The notes: generated from the letters alone by a model not told the origin. A stretch of 64,000 nt of DNA from Alphaproteobacteria bacterium (GCA_965220745.1 CBDCQT010000007.1:96001-160000), one strand, 5' to 3'. Shown: positions 34,894-46,464, counted from the first letter of the stretch. Numbers and translations: made by a program.

Positions 34894-35829
34894 TCAGGCA
34901 GGCGGGACCAGGGTGAGCCAGCGGTGATCGTCGTTTGAGCGGCCGTTCACGATGTCGGAGAAACGCCGTTGGATGCGCCGCGTGACCGGGCCGATCCCGC
35001 CGGGGCCGATGGTGATGTGATCGACGGAGCGAATCGGCGTGACCTCCGCCGCAGTGCCAGAGAAGAACAGCTCGTCGGCGCAATAGAGCAGCTCGCGGGG
35101 CATCGGGCATTCGCGCACCGGCACGTCGAGATCGGCGGCGATCGTGAGCACCGCGTTCCGCGTGATGCCGGAGAGGTTGCTGCCGTCGATCGGCGGCGTC
35201 AGAAGGGCATCGTCCATGACCGCGAAGAGGTTCTGGCCGCTGCCCTCGCTGATCAGCCCGTCGTGCGTAAGCGCGATCGCCTCCACGAAGCCGTTGGCCA
35301 TTGCCTCCAACTTGATGAGCTGCGCGTTGTTGTAATGGCCGGTCGCCTTGGCCATGCCGGGGAAGGTGTTGGGTGCGGCGCGGCTCCAGGAGGAAACGCA
35401 GACGTCGACGCCCCGCTCCAAGGCCTCTTCACCGAGATAGGCGCCCCACTCCCAGGCCGGAATCCAGGTCTCGATGGGGCTGCCGATGCCGTCCATTCCG
35501 ATCGCGCCATAGCCGCGCATGATTACCGGCCGGATGTAACAGTGGCGGAGGTCGTTGCGCCGGATCAGGGCGAAGCAGGCCTCGGTCAGTTCCTCGTCGC
35601 TGTAGGCGGTCTCCATGCGGTAGATGCGTGCGGAATTGCGCAGCCGCTTCAGGTGCTCGGCCAAGCGGAAGATGGCGGGGCCGCCGGCGGTGTCGTAGCA
35701 GCGGATGCCCTCGAAGACCGAGGAGCCGAACTGAACGGCGGTGGCCAGGATATGGACCGTGGCGTCCTGCCAACGGACGAATTCCCCGTCGCGCCAGATC
35801 CACTCGGTCTCCTTGAATGTCGTGCTCAT
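34894..35829 (-). CDS. ilvE: Branched-chain amino acid aminotransferase (PLP class IV)
   Basis: VFEGIR, KATGHY, EGSGQN, GITR, GTAAEV. Confidence 0.9.
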   Translation of the reverse strand: MSTTFKETEWIWRDGEFVRWQDATVHILATAVQFGSSVFEGIRCYDTAGGPAIFRLAEHLKRLRNSARIYRMETAYSDEELTEACFALIRRNDLRHCYIRPVIMRGYGAIGMDGIGSPIETWIPAWEWGAYLGEEALERGVDVCVSSWSRAAPNTFPGMAKATGHYNNAQLIKLEAMANGFVEAIALTHDGLISEGSGQNLFAVMDDALLTPPIDGSNLSGITRNAVLTIAADLDVPVRECPMPRELLYCADELFFSGTAAEVTPIRSVDHITIGPGGIGPVTRRIQRRFSDIVNGRSNDDHRWLTLVPPA

Positions 35830-36074
35830 CGTCTCTCCGGCGGGCTCGAGTTCATGCGGGCGGCGATGTTAGCCCGCATTTCTCGCCACAAACAGATTTC
35901 GAGGTGGGGACGTACCAATTCTTTGCATATCAATAGGTTAAAAGCGCGCTAGAGTGTGAGTGCGACACCAAATTCACACGAATATTCACTAAATGAGCAC
36001 CAAGAAACAAACTCCATTCCAGACCTCCAATCCCGGAATCTGTCCGGTCAAGCCGTGATGGACGGGCGTGGTGT

Positions 36075-36228
36075 CTTCGGTTGAGAGTTCGCTTCCAGTC
36101 TTTTCTGAGGGGCCGGAGCCAGATGTCTTTCTTCGGCTGGTCCCGCTTGGTGTGCCTGTCGTAGCGCCCGCGGCTCTGAGTGGTTCCGACGTGGCTCCAG
36201 CCTGACGCCTTGTAGAGCGCGCCGGTGA
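36075..36228 (-). pseudogene. C-terminal fragment of a DUF4338/DruA-like protein
   Basis: TGALYKASGWSHVGTTQSRGRYDR...KKDIWLRPL with no N-terminal part. Confidence 0.55.
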
Positions 36229-36554
36229 CCCGGACGAGGACGACACCGCGCGCTGGTCGGCCGGAAGCCTCGGGAGCCCCGCCATGCAGCGCACACGCGA
36301 CCATGAAGCGCGAGAAACTCATTCCCGCTTCTTGGGCGCGCCTGCCGATCAGCACCCTATCCGCCGCCGAGCAATAGATGGTGCGGGAATTGTGCGTGCT
36401 GCTGAGGGAGGAAGCGGCTGCGCCGGCGCGGGATGAAGAGACGGCCCACGAGCCATCGGCCCCGCGCACGCGAGAGGAGGCCGGTCAGGCGGAGGGCTCC
36501 GATCCGGCGGAGCCGGACGAGCCTGGACCGGATCAGGGCCAACTGCCGTTCTGA

Positions 36555-36670
36555 GGGTCCTGCGGGACCGTGCCCACGTCGAGGCTCCCGCTGATCCGCA
36601 GGATGGCCGCATGGAGAGCGGCGATGCGCTCTCGCAAGGCCTTGTTCTCGCGCCGAAGGTCGTTGGAAAG
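36555..36670 (-). pseudogene. N-terminal fragment of a GAF-domain sensor/regulator
   Basis: Read from DNA: NDLRRENKALRERIAALHAAILRISGSLDVGTV, then similarity stops. Confidence 0.4.
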
Positions 36671-37234
36671 CCGGAATGAAGGCGGCTCATTCGGTCTCGA
36701 AGTGAGCGTACTTGGCGGGCGAAGCCCCTATCCTTACTTGGCGCGAGCGTGCGACCCGACGATCACGTCTCAGCCGATGATGTTAGGAGGCTCGCGCTTT
36801 GCGCGGCATCCAGCAGGCAGGGCCGGGTGTTAATTCGCACACTATTTGAAGATGGATTTGCCAGATGGGAGATTTACCGTGGGCATTGGAAGGTTCGACG
36901 CTCATGGCAAAGATGCCGCAATCGGGCTCGGCGCTCGCCACCGCGACCCGGTGACGTAAATCATTCGAGGGACGTCGCGTCATGCAGGCTGGCCTCCTTC
37001 ACCAGCCCATATCTTGAATTGCAAACCCAACCGACTGAAATTTGTACGGATTCTCAGAGGCCGAAAAATACTCTAGCATCACCTCACGTCGTGCTCCCTT
37101 AACGGAGTGGTCGAGGGTCGGAAGGCGACATGGCGCCGAACCAGAGCAGACGTTCGCGAGGGAAGGGTTTTCGGCCCACTGACGCACCGGAAGCGGCGCG
37201 GCAAGGCACCAGCGACGGCGGTCGTCGTACGACA

Positions 37235-38662
37235 ATGTCGGCGACCCGCATCCGTGAAGCGTTGCGCCGAGCCGCCCTCTATCGGCGAACCGGGCGGCTC
37301 GCCGATTCGCAGGCGCTCTATCGCGAGGTTCTCGCCGCACGCCCCGATCACAAGGATGCGTTGAAGGCCTGCGCCGTGGTCTCGCTCCAACTCGACGAGC
37401 CCGGACAGGCAGTCGCGCTGTTGCGGCGCGCCGTCGCGCTCGACAATCGCGATTCGGGCGCACACAACGATCTTGGCAACGCGCTCCAGGTAGCCGGTCA
37501 TATCGGCGGGGCGATCGCCGCATATCGCCGCGCGGTCGAGATCGATCCGGCCAAAGCGGAGACGCATTTCAACCTCGGTCACGCGCTGCGCGGGAAGGGT
37601 GATCTGGATGGCGCCGCTGCGGCCTATTGCCGTGCCGCCGAGCTTCGCCCCGATCATGCCGGTACCATGCTTCAGATCGGCCTGGTCGACCACGCGAAGG
37701 GAGACCTCGAGCGGGCCGAGCGCGCGTTCCACCGGGCGATCGCGATCGATCCCGAGAATGCGGAGGCGCACTTCGCCCTCGGGAACGCGCTTTACGCGAG
37801 TGGCAGTCTCAACAATGCTCTGAGAGCCTATCAGCGGGCGGCGGCGCTCAAGGTCGATGTTCTCGATGCCTCGTTCGAGGTGGGCAAGCCGCGCCATGTC
37901 CACGCGCATTTCGATCGGAAGGATCCGCGCGCTGCGCTTGAGGCCTGCGATGCGTTCTTGGCTCGCCGTCCGGGCCAAAGCGGTGCGCTCGCCATGAAGG
38001 CGGTCGCCCTATGGGAGCTGGGGGAGCACGCCGCGGCGCGAGAGCTGCTCGGCTTCGATAGCTTGATTCGGCGCGTGCGTTGCCCGCCGCCCGCCGGTTT
38101 TGCGGACATGAACGCGTTCAATGAGGCCTTGGCCGCCCATATCCGAAGCCATCCGACCTTGCAGGAGGCGCCCGAGAGCTACTCGATGGAGAGGGGCAAG
38201 AGCACGGGAGAGTTGTTCCCGGGCCGCGGGCCCGCGATCGCGACATTTCATAAGATGATCGAACGCGCGGTAGACGACTATCGAGAGGCGCTGCCGCGGG
38301 GCTCGGATCATCCGTTTATGGCCGATGTTCCGCGCCAAACCAGAACCACGGCGTGGGGGGTGATCCTCGATGCGGGCGCATATCAGGTTCCCCATATCCA
38401 TCCATCGGCTTGGCTGAGCGGGGTCTACTATGTGCATCTGCCCAGGGCCGTCGACGAGAACGATGCTGCCCATGCCGGGTGGATCGAGTTCGGGCGGCCC
38501 TATTGGGACTTCCAGATCCGAGCGGAGCCCGAGACCAGGCTTGTCAAACCCGAGGAAGGGCTGATGCTCCTGTTTCCATCCTATACGTTTCATCGCACGC
38601 TTCCGTTCAAAGGCGACGGGGAGCGTATCAGCATCGCCTTCGACGTGTTGCGCCCGGAGTGA
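37235..38662 (+). CDS. TPR-repeat protein with C-terminal putative 2OG-Fe(II) oxygenase domain
   Basis: About six TPRs (AHNDLGNAL, THFNLGHAL, AHFALGNAL); HIHPSAWLSGVYY..LFPSYTFHRT..RISIAFD; start could be 37130. Confidence 0.85.
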   Translation: MSATRIREALRRAALYRRTGRLADSQALYREVLAARPDHKDALKACAVVSLQLDEPGQAVALLRRAVALDNRDSGAHNDLGNALQVAGHIGGAIAAYRRAVEIDPAKAETHFNLGHALRGKGDLDGAAAAYCRAAELRPDHAGTMLQIGLVDHAKGDLERAERAFHRAIAIDPENAEAHFALGNALYASGSLNNALRAYQRAAALKVDVLDASFEVGKPRHVHAHFDRKDPRAALEACDAFLARRPGQSGALAMKAVALWELGEHAAARELLGFDSLIRRVRCPPPAGFADMNAFNEALAAHIRSHPTLQEAPESYSMERGKSTGELFPGRGPAIATFHKMIERAVDDYREALPRGSDHPFMADVPRQTRTTAWGVILDAGAYQVPHIHPSAWLSGVYYVHLPRAVDENDAAHAGWIEFGRPYWDFQIRAEPETRLVKPEEGLMLLFPSYTFHRTLPFKGDGERISIAFDVLRPE

Positions 38663-38673
38663 GCGCTCGCCGC

Positions 38674-39549
38674 TCAGCCCCGATCCAGCTTCGCGAACAG
38701 GAGCCAGAAGAAGCCGCCGAGGATCGGCAGTGTGACGGCCAGAATGATCGTCGACAGCGAGAAGATGATCGGCACTTGCGACTGGTGCGACGCTGTCATG
38801 GTCCAGTTGTAGATCGGCATCGTCGTCTCCGAGCCGCGCAGGAAGATCGAGCGCAGCAGCTCGTTGAAGGAGAGCAGAAAGCCGAAGATGCCGGCGCCGA
38901 CGATGCCGGGGCGCAGGATCGGGAACTCGATATCCCAGAAGCGGCGCCAGCCGGTGGCGCCCAAGTCCTGGGCGGCCTCCAGCAGGCGGTGGTCGAAGCG
39001 GGTCGCGATGATCAGCACGAGCAGGAGCGAGAACGGCAGCGACCACACCATGTGGCCGAGGAAGATCGACCAGAGCCCGAGCCGGAGGTCGAGGAAGGAG
39101 CGGACCGAGATGAAGAGCGCCGCACCCATGGTGAGCCCCGGCACGAAGAGGGGGATGAGCGCGATCAGGATTACCCCGCCCGGCTTGCGCATCCGGGGCA
39201 TGGCGCGGCCCACGGCGGTCGCCACGATCATGCAAACGATGCCGACCACCACGCCCATGGCGATGCTCTCGTAAAGCGGCTCCCCCCACTTGTTGAACGC
39301 GCCCATGAGCTCGTCGTAGTGCTCCATGGTGAGCGGGTAGGGGATGCCCGAGAGCGGCCGGCCGCTGAACGACATCACCGCCAGCCAGACCAGCGGGATG
39401 TACATCAGCAAGATGACAATCAGCCCGAGCCACTTGGCGATCGCGGTCCAGAGCCGCCACGCCGAAAGGCGCCGCCAGAAGAGCGCACCGCCGTGGCCGA
39501 TCTGGTCGTCGATGGTCGCCGCCATCCTGTGCTGCGTCCGCTCGCTCAT
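38674..39549 (-). CDS. ABC transporter permease (PotC-like)
   Basis: Multiple TMs, EAAQDLGA motif, FLLSFNE. Confidence 0.88.
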   Translation of the reverse strand: MSERTQHRMAATIDDQIGHGGALFWRRLSAWRLWTAIAKWLGLIVILLMYIPLVWLAVMSFSGRPLSGIPYPLTMEHYDELMGAFNKWGEPLYESIAMGVVVGIVCMIVATAVGRAMPRMRKPGGVILIALIPLFVPGLTMGAALFISVRSFLDLRLGLWSIFLGHMVWSLPFSLLLVLIIATRFDHRLLEAAQDLGATGWRRFWDIEFPILRPGIVGAGIFGFLLSFNELLRSIFLRGSETTMPIYNWTMTASHQSQVPIIFSLSTIILAVTLPILGGFFWLLFAKLDRG

Positions 39550-39553
39550 CGTC

Positions 39554-40474
39554 TCACCGCCTCAACGTCTGGAAGACGTCGCCGATGGAGCCGAGCCGCC
39601 GCGTCGCCAGGATCAGCAGCGTGAGCAGCAGCGCCAGCACGATGATGACGAAGACCGAGAGCGCGGCCGCGGTCGGGTACTTCAGATTCCGAATCGCGGC
39701 CTCCACCGATGGCCCAAGCAGGTTGACGAAGCCGCCGCCCAGCATCTCCGGCTCTACCCAGGTCGCCATGAGCGGCACCATGGTGAACACGGCGCCGGCG
39801 ACGATGCCCGGCAGCGAGAGCGGCAGGATGATGAAGAAGAGCGTGTGCAGCTTGCTCGCGCCGAGGTCGCGGCTCGCCTCCAGGTAGTGGTCGTCGATGA
39901 GGCTCACGACCAGGAAGATGGGGAACACCATCGTCGGGAAGTAGGGCGCGAGCATCCCGAAGTGGACCGCGAATTCCGAAAACAGCATCCATTCCATGGG
40001 CTCGCTGATGATGCCGAGCTCCATGAGGACCGTGTTGATGATGCCGTTCTTGCCCAGGATGGCGCGCCAGATGATCGTGCGCGAGGAGGGGTCGAGGAAG
40101 AACGGGATGGTGAGCAGCGTGATGATGATCGCCTTGGTCACCTTCGACTTGCAGGTCTTGGCGAGCCACAGCGCGAAGGGGAAGGCGATCAGGAACTCGA
40201 CCACCGTCATCACGAGCACGACGCGGAGCGTGCGGACCGCCGCGATCCAGCGGCCGGAATCGATCAGCGAGTTCCATGTCTTGAACGAGGCGTCGTAGGA
40301 CACCTGGTAGTTCTTCATCTCGAAGAACGAGTGGGCGACCATGACCAGCAACGGCAGGATGACGATGACCACCCACGCGGCGACGAATACCGGCACCACC
40401 CAGTTGCCCGAGAACATCCGGGTGTAGCCGGCGCGGAGATCGTCGAGGAAGCCGCTTCCCGCCGAGTCAGTCAT
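39554..40474 (-). CDS. ABC transporter permease (PotB-like)
   Basis: EASRDLGA motif, LPLSLPG. Confidence 0.88.
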   Translation of the reverse strand: MTDSAGSGFLDDLRAGYTRMFSGNWVVPVFVAAWVVIVILPLLVMVAHSFFEMKNYQVSYDASFKTWNSLIDSGRWIAAVRTLRVVLVMTVVEFLIAFPFALWLAKTCKSKVTKAIIITLLTIPFFLDPSSRTIIWRAILGKNGIINTVLMELGIISEPMEWMLFSEFAVHFGMLAPYFPTMVFPIFLVVSLIDDHYLEASRDLGASKLHTLFFIILPLSLPGIVAGAVFTMVPLMATWVEPEMLGGGFVNLLGPSVEAAIRNLKYPTAAALSVFVIIVLALLLTLLILATRRLGSIGDVFQTLRR

Positions 40475-40484
40475 CGCTCGCCGA

Positions 40485-40539
40485 CAAAGAAAGAGCCCCG
40501 GCGCGCCGTGCGAAGGTGTTCGCGGGGCGCACCGGGGCT
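40485..40539 (-). terminator. Hairpin with U-tract after the binding-protein gene (partial terminator/mRNA stabiliser)
   Basis: AGCCCCGG...CCGGGGCT stem followed by CTTTCTTT on the minus strand. Confidence 0.6.
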
Positions 40540-40563
40540 GTCGTCACATCGCGAATGGCGCGG

Positions 40564-41757
40564 TCAGGCGTTCAGGAACCGCTGCCACTCCTCTTCCATG
40601 ACATCGGAGTTCGGCGCCGCGGGCTTGCCGAAGAAGGGCTTCTCGAACTTCTTGTTGACCTTGACCTCGGTCCACTTGAGCTCGTCGATCTGCTCCTGCG
40701 GCCAGCCGTTGTCCTCCGCGTACTTGACGCCGAGGTCCATGTTGGGCCCGGCGTAGCCACGCTGGATCGCCTGGTAGGCACGGTACTCGCCGGTCATGTA
40801 GTAGTTGAGCACCTTGTAGATGTTGTCGACATTGTCGCGCTCGCCGGCCTTGGTGTGCATGTAGGCGCCGTGGCCCCACTTGTAATAGCCCTCGACCGTG
40901 AAGGCGTAGATCACCGTGCCGGGGCCGAGGATGTTGTTGGCCTCCTTGGTGGCCGGCTCCCAACAGTTGATCAGGTCGATCTCCTTGTTGCTGAGCAGCT
41001 GCACCTGCTCCTCGAAGGCTGCGTGGAGTGAGCGGAACTGCCCGGCACGCTTGCGGTCGGCCGCGAAGTCCGCGACCACGCGGGCCTCCTCGCCGGTCAT
41101 GTTGGCGACGTCTTCGATCTCGGCCCGGCCGTTCGCCTTGAGGTAGAGGCCGACCTCGGGGCTCGACAGCAGCCAGCTGCGGTCGAGCGAGACGCGGCCC
41201 TTGGTGTCCTCGTCCTCGAACATCTTGCTCCAGGGGATCTCGTCGAGACCCTCCGGGTTGGCGCCGATGGCCTCGGGGAAGTAGCCGAAGCTGTCCGCAT
41301 TTCCGATGACGGGCACGCCGTACTGGTTGCCGTCATAGTCCTGCAGCAGGTCGGTGCGCTTCCAATCGTCGGAGGTTCGCCCCCAGAGCTCGAGGTTCGG
41401 GTGATCCTCGATGACGGTAGCGTAGTAGCCTTGGGGACCCAGGATGTCCTCGGTCCCGCCGTCGAAGATGAAGATATCGTGAGTCTCGCCGAGATCGTTC
41501 GAGATCACGTCCCGCATGTAGGTGCCGATGTCGGCGTTGGTCCCGGTGAATTCCATCGTGATGCCGATGGCCTTCTCCATGATGGACCAGTCCTTGAGCT
41601 GCGACGTGGTGACGCCGTAGCCCTTGACCGTCGTGGACGCCGCCTGCGCCACGCGCGTCGTTGCCAGCGATCCAGCGGCCGCCAGAGTCGCGGCAGCCGC
41701 CGTGCCCTTAAGCACGTCGCGGCGCGATATGTCCGGAATACGCAACTTTTCGCTCAT
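40564..41757 (-). CDS. Tat-exported ABC substrate-binding protein (PotD/PotF-like)
   Basis: SRRDVLK Tat motif with AQA cleavage site; GGAGG RBS; precedes two permeases. Confidence 0.8.
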   Translation of the reverse strand: MSEKLRIPDISRRDVLKGTAAAATLAAAGSLATTRVAQAASTTVKGYGVTTSQLKDWSIMEKAIGITMEFTGTNADIGTYMRDVISNDLGETHDIFIFDGGTEDILGPQGYYATVIEDHPNLELWGRTSDDWKRTDLLQDYDGNQYGVPVIGNADSFGYFPEAIGANPEGLDEIPWSKMFEDEDTKGRVSLDRSWLLSSPEVGLYLKANGRAEIEDVANMTGEEARVVADFAADRKRAGQFRSLHAAFEEQVQLLSNKEIDLINCWEPATKEANNILGPGTVIYAFTVEGYYKWGHGAYMHTKAGERDNVDNIYKVLNYYMTGEYRAYQAIQRGYAGPNMDLGVKYAEDNGWPQEQIDELKWTEVKVNKKFEKPFFGKPAAPNSDVMEEEWQRFLNA

Positions 41758-42037
41758 GCTCAGCCTCCCACTCCTCCAGAAATCCATTTCTCGGCGCCCC
41801 GAACCGGCGCGGCCCGCTACGGTCCCCGGCTCGGTTCCCATGACAACTCCGAGCCGCACTATACACGGATGGAGTACCGCAATTCCATGGCCGACCAATG
41901 AGATCGTTGCGCCGCACGGGGCAGCGGTGCGCGCGGGCGGGTGGTGCCCCTCCTCGCCAAAGACTTCTGGCCGTTCTACCTGCTGGCCAGAGCGCTGGGG
42001 CCGGTAGGATTGTCGGTCTGGCAGTTCGGGAAAGCGA

Positions 42038-42330
42038 AGCTTGAGGTTGTCGTACTAGAGCTCGCCCGGCACGCCTTGCCACGCCTCGAAGGCCGCGACG
42101 TGGCCGCGCAGGAAGTTGCTCATGCCGGCGTCGAGCTAGAAGCGCAGGAAGAGCCGCTGCGAGTAGTTCAGCACCATCACGAAGGCCACCAGGTGGCACT
42201 CCGCGCGGCCGATCCCCACGTGCCGAAGTGGGCCCAGTCGACCTGGTCCTGCTCGCCGGGAAGGGTCTTGAGGCGCAGATAGGACTCGGCCGCTCGCGGG
42301 CGACGAGGCGGCGGAAGTGGCTCTGCCTCC
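42038..42330 (-). mobile_element. Degenerate IS21-family IstA transposase fragment
   Basis: [20 protein letters not shown], then after a frameshift [38 protein letters not shown], with internal stops. Confidence 0.8.
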
Positions 42331-42334
42331 CTCG

Positions 42335-42517
42335 ATAGTCGGCGGCGGTGATCAGTTTTCGGAGCTTGGCGGAGCCCGTGACGTTGGTGCGCTCGCCCAC
42401 ATTGACGAAGGTGCTGCCGTCGTCGCCGCTCTCAAAGGGCTCCAGCCCGGCGAGGCGGAGCTTGGGCGTGCTCTCGGGCACCGCGCGCGGAGGATGAACC
42501 GCGACGGCGTCGACGAT
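42335..42517 (-). pseudogene. Relic internal fragment of a second metH
   Basis: [40 protein letters not shown] parallels metH 45268-45450, including 34 identical nt. Confidence 0.9.
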
Positions 42518-42529
42518 ACAGCCGGTGTT

Positions 42530-42655
42530 GCGCTGTGGAGAGGATCAACGGCCTCCCGACGACAGCTTCAACTTCGAGAGCCGCTACATCCTCGGGCCGG
42601 CCAGATTGATGGGTCGTCTCAGTCAGCCGCGGGCAGTGATTATGCTGCTGCGAGC
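42530..42655 (+). mobile_element. Possible C-terminal remnant of a DDE transposase
   Basis: AVERING/frameshift/DDSFNFESRYILG resembles the (V)ERxNxR tail of IS4/IS5-type transposases. Confidence 0.4.
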
Positions 42656-42678
42656 GCTGAAATTGTTCTACGACCGGC

Positions 42679-45600
42679 TCAATGAACCTCTTCGGGTTGC
42701 TGTGAGCCGGTCGGATCGTAAGCGAGGTTGGGCGCGAGCCACGCCTCGGTCTCCTCGATGGATGTCTCCTTGCGGCTCGCGTAGTCCACCACTTGGTCGC
42801 GGCCGAGCTTGCCGACGCCGAAATACGTGCTCTCCGGATGGCTGAAATAGAGGCCGCAGACCGACGATGCGGGCCACATGGCGCAGCTCTCGGTTAGCTT
42901 TAGCCCGGTGCGGGTCTCGGCCTCGAGCAGCGCGAAGATCGTACGCTTCTCGCTGTGGTCGGGGCAGGCGGGATAGCCGGGAGCCGGCCTGATGCCGCGA
43001 TAGCGCTCTCCGATCAGCTCGTCGTTCGCCAGCGCCTCGTTGGGCGCGTAGCCCCAGAGTGCCTTGCGCGTGCGCTCGTGCAGGAACTCCGCGAAGGCCT
43101 CCGCCAGCCGGTCCCCGAGGGCCTTGACCATGATGGCGCCGTAGTCGTCGAGGGCCTGCTCGTGCGCCTCCGCCAACCGCTCCACGCCGTCTCCCATGGT
43201 GACCGCGAAGCCGCCGACATGGTCGTCCACGCCCGAGTCCCGAGGCGCCACGAAGTCCGCCAGCGCGCGGTTGGGGCGCTCGTGCGTGCGTGACATCTGC
43301 TGGCGCAGCGTGCGGAGCGTGGCGACCGGTCGCGCGCGGCCGCCGTTCGCGAACAACTCGATGTCGTCGTCCTCGCTGCAAGCCGGCCAAAAGCCGACGA
43401 CGCCGAGCGGTGCGAACGCGCCCTCGGCGACGATCTTCTCCAGCATGGCGTTCGCATCGTCGAACAGCGACCGAGCCGCTTCACCGACCGTCTCGTCGTC
43501 GAGGATCGCCGGATAAGTGCCGGCGAGTTCCCAGCTTCGGAAGAAGGGCGTCCAGTCGATATAGGGGATCAGGTCGGCCACCCCGATATCGGCGATGGTG
43601 CGCACGCCGGTGAAGCTGGGCGCCGGTGCCCGGTAGCGCGACCAGTCGAGCCGCGCCCGGTTGGCCCGCGCCTCGGCGAGCGAGAGCATGCGCCTGCCCG
43701 CCTGCCCGCGCCCGTGGGCCGCCCGCATCTCGTCGTAGCGTTCCCTGATTTCAGCGGCGAAGGCCTGGCGCCGCTCCGGGCTGACCAGGGTGCCAGCCAC
43801 GCCCACCGCCTTCGATGCATCCGTCACATGCACCACCGCGCCGCTGTAGGCGGGCGCGATCTTCACCGCCGTATGCATGCGGCTCGTGGTGGCGCCGCCG
43901 ATCATCAGCGGCAGGTCCAGGCCCTGGCGCTCCATCTCCGCGGCGAGCCGGCACATCTGGTCGAGGCTCGGTGTGATCAGCCCCGAGACCCCGATCAGGT
44001 CTGCGTTTTCGCTGCGGGCGGTGTCGAGGATCTGCGCCGCCGGCACCATGACGCCGAGGTCGATCACCTCGAAGTTGTTGCAGCGGAGAACTACGCCCAC
44101 GATGTTCTTGCCGATGTCGTGCACATCGCCCTTGACCGTGGCGGTGACGATCGTGCCGGAGGCTTTGGGCGCGGCCCCGCCCTCGCGCTTTTCCGCCTCG
44201 ATGAAGGGCACGAGATGGGCGACCGCCTGCTTCATCACGCGAGCGCTCTTGACTACCTGCGGCAGGAACATCTTGCCGGCGCCGAACAGGTCGCCAACGA
44301 CGTTCATGCCGTCCATCAGAGGCCCTTCGATCACCGCAAGCGCGCGGTCGGCTGCCAGCCGCGCCTCCTCGGTGTCGTCGACGATGTGATCGGCGATGCC
44401 GTGGACCAGCGCGAAGCGGAGCCTGCCGTCGACATCCTGGTCGCGCCAGGCGTCCGCATCCTCGTGCCGCGCAGCACCGGCGCCCGCGTCGCGGTAACGC
44501 TCGGCGATCTCCAGCAAGCGCTCGGTGGCGTCCGACCGGCGGTTGAGCAGCACGTCCTCGACCGCGTCTCTCAGCGCCTCGGGGATGTCCTCGTAGACCG
44601 CGAGCTGGCCCGCGTTGACGATCCCCATGTCCATGCCCGCGCCGATCGCGTGATAGAGGAAGGCCGCGTGCATCGCCTCGCGCACGGTGTTGTTGCCGCG
44701 GAACGCGAACGAGATGTTCGAGACCCCGCCCGAGACATGGACGTGCGGCCAGCGCGCCTTGATGGCGCGGGCGGTCTCGATGAAGGCGCGGGCGTAGTCG
44801 TCGTGCTCCTCGATGCCGGTGGCGACGGCGAAGATGTTGGGATCGAAGATGATGTCGGCAGGGGCGAAGCCGGCGCGCTCGGTGAGCAGGCGATAGGCGC
44901 GCTCGCAGATCGCGAGCTTGCGCTCGGGCGTCTCGGCCTGTCCCTGCTCGTCGAAGGCCATGACCACCACGGCCGCGCCGTAGCGCCTCACCAGCCGGGC
45001 CTGCGCGAGGAAGGGCTCCTCCCCCTCCTTGAGGCTGATGGAGTTGACCACAGGCTTGCCCGCGACCGCTCGCAAGCCCGCCTCGATGGCGGGCCAGTGG
45101 GAGGAATCGATCATCACGGGCACGCGCGCGATATCCGGCTCGGCCGCGATTAGGTTGAGGAAGCGGGCCATGGCGGCCTCGCCGTCCAGCATCCCCTCGT
45201 CCATGTTGATGTCGATGATCTGGGCGCCGTTCTCCACCTGCTGGCGCGCCACCTCGAGCGCGGCAGGGTAGTCGCCGGCGGTGATCAGCTTGCGGAATCG
45301 GGCCGAGCCCGTGACGTTGGTGCGCTCGCCCACATTGATGAAGGTGCTGCCGTCCTGGGCGCTCTCGAATGGCTCCAGCCCAGCCAGGCAAAGTCTGGGT
45401 GCGGCCTGGGGCGGGACGCGCGGCGAATGACCCGCGACCGCGTCGGCGATGGCGGCGATGTGAGCAGGGGTGGTGCCGCAGCAACCGCCCACCAGGTTGA
45501 CCAGGCCCGCCTCGGCCCACTCGCCCAGCTGCGCGGCGGTCTCGTCCGGCGTCTCGTCGTAGCCGCCAAACTCGTTGGGAAGGCCGGCATTGGGGTAGGC

Positions 45601-46464
45601 GCTGATCCGCGTCTCGGCGATCCGTGCCAGATCGGCGAGGTGCGGGCGCATGTCGGCCGCGCCGAAGGAGCAGTTGAGCCCGATGCTGAAGGGCGCCGCA
45701 TGGGCGAGCGTCAGCCAGAAGGCCTCGACGGTCTGGCCATTGAGCATGCGGCCCGCCCGGTCGGTGACCGTGCCCGAGATGAGGATGGGCAGCCGCGTGC
45801 CGGAAGCTTCGAACATCTCGTCCAGCGCGACCAGGGCCGCCTTGGCATTCAGCGAATCGAAGATCGTCTCCAGCAGGATGAGATCGACCCCACCCTCCAC
45901 CAGGGCTTCGGCCGCCTCGCAGTAGGCGGCGCCCAGCGTAGCGAAATCGATGCCGCGCTTGCCCGGATCGTTCACGTCCGGCGAGACCGAAAGAGTCTTG
46001 TTGGTCGGGCCGAGCACGCCCGCGACGAAGCGGGGGCGCTCGTCGGTGGCAGCGTCATCGGCGGCGTCGCGCGCGATCCGGGCGCCGGCGAGATTGATGG
46101 CGCGCACGGCGTCGCTGAGGCCGTAGTCCTCCTGGGACACCCGGTTCGCGTTGAAGGTGTTGGTGGTGACGATATCAGCGCCGGCCTCAAGGAATCTCGC
46201 ATGAATGTCGCGGATGACCTCCGGCCGGGTCACTGAGAGCAGGTCGTTGTTGCCGGCGAGCTCGTGGTCGTGGTCGGCATAGAGCGTGCCGCGAAAATCG
46301 GCTTCGCCCAGCCCGTGGCGCTGAATCATGGTGCCCATGGCCCCGTCTAGCAGTAGTACGCGCCGGGCCGCGGCGGTTTCGAGCGCAGCACAGCGCGAGG
46401 CGCGCCGGCCATCGCCCGAAGTGTCGATCTGCGAGTGTCGGTCGTCCTGTCTCGCCGCGGTCAC
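42679..46464 (-). CDS. metH: Cobalamin-dependent methionine synthase
   Basis: [19 protein letters not shown] (Zn ligands), GERTN, DVHDIG (B12), [12 protein letters not shown]; GTG start approximate. Confidence 0.97.
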   Translation of the reverse strand: MTAARQDDRHSQIDTSGDGRRASRCAALETAAARRVLLLDGAMGTMIQRHGLGEADFRGTLYADHDHELAGNNDLLSVTRPEVIRDIHARFLEAGADIVTTNTFNANRVSQEDYGLSDAVRAINLAGARIARDAADDAATDERPRFVAGVLGPTNKTLSVSPDVNDPGKRGIDFATLGAAYCEAAEALVEGGVDLILLETIFDSLNAKAALVALDEMFEASGTRLPILISGTVTDRAGRMLNGQTVEAFWLTLAHAAPFSIGLNCSFGAADMRPHLADLARIAETRISAYPNAGLPNEFGGYDETPDETAAQLGEWAEAGLVNLVGGCCGTTPAHIAAIADAVAGHSPRVPPQAAPRLCLAGLEPFESAQDGSTFINVGERTNVTGSARFRKLITAGDYPAALEVARQQVENGAQIIDINMDEGMLDGEAAMARFLNLIAAEPDIARVPVMIDSSHWPAIEAGLRAVAGKPVVNSISLKEGEEPFLAQARLVRRYGAAVVVMAFDEQGQAETPERKLAICERAYRLLTERAGFAPADIIFDPNIFAVATGIEEHDDYARAFIETARAIKARWPHVHVSGGVSNISFAFRGNNTVREAMHAAFLYHAIGAGMDMGIVNAGQLAVYEDIPEALRDAVEDVLLNRRSDATERLLEIAERYRDAGAGAARHEDADAWRDQDVDGRLRFALVHGIADHIVDDTEEARLAADRALAVIEGPLMDGMNVVGDLFGAGKMFLPQVVKSARVMKQAVAHLVPFIEAEKREGGAAPKASGTIVTATVKGDVHDIGKNIVGVVLRCNNFEVIDLGVMVPAAQILDTARSENADLIGVSGLITPSLDQMCRLAAEMERQGLDLPLMIGGATTSRMHTAVKIAPAYSGAVVHVTDASKAVGVAGTLVSPERRQAFAAEIRERYDEMRAAHGRGQAGRRMLSLAEARANRARLDWSRYRAPAPSFTGVRTIADIGVADLIPYIDWTPFFRSWELAGTYPAILDDETVGEAARSLFDDANAMLEKIVAEGAFAPLGVVGFWPACSEDDDIELFANGGRARPVATLRTLRQQMSRTHERPNRALADFVAPRDSGVDDHVGGFAVTMGDGVERLAEAHEQALDDYGAIMVKALGDRLAEAFAEFLHERTRKALWGYAPNEALANDELIGERYRGIRPAPGYPACPDHSEKRTIFALLEAETRTGLKLTESCAMWPASSVCGLYFSHPESTYFGVGKLGRDQVVDYASRKETSIEETEAWLAPNLAYDPTGSQQPEEVH

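Noticed and set aside
36075-36228. Druantia anti-phage system
   Set aside because: Only a ~50-aa DUF4338-like fragment; no partner genes
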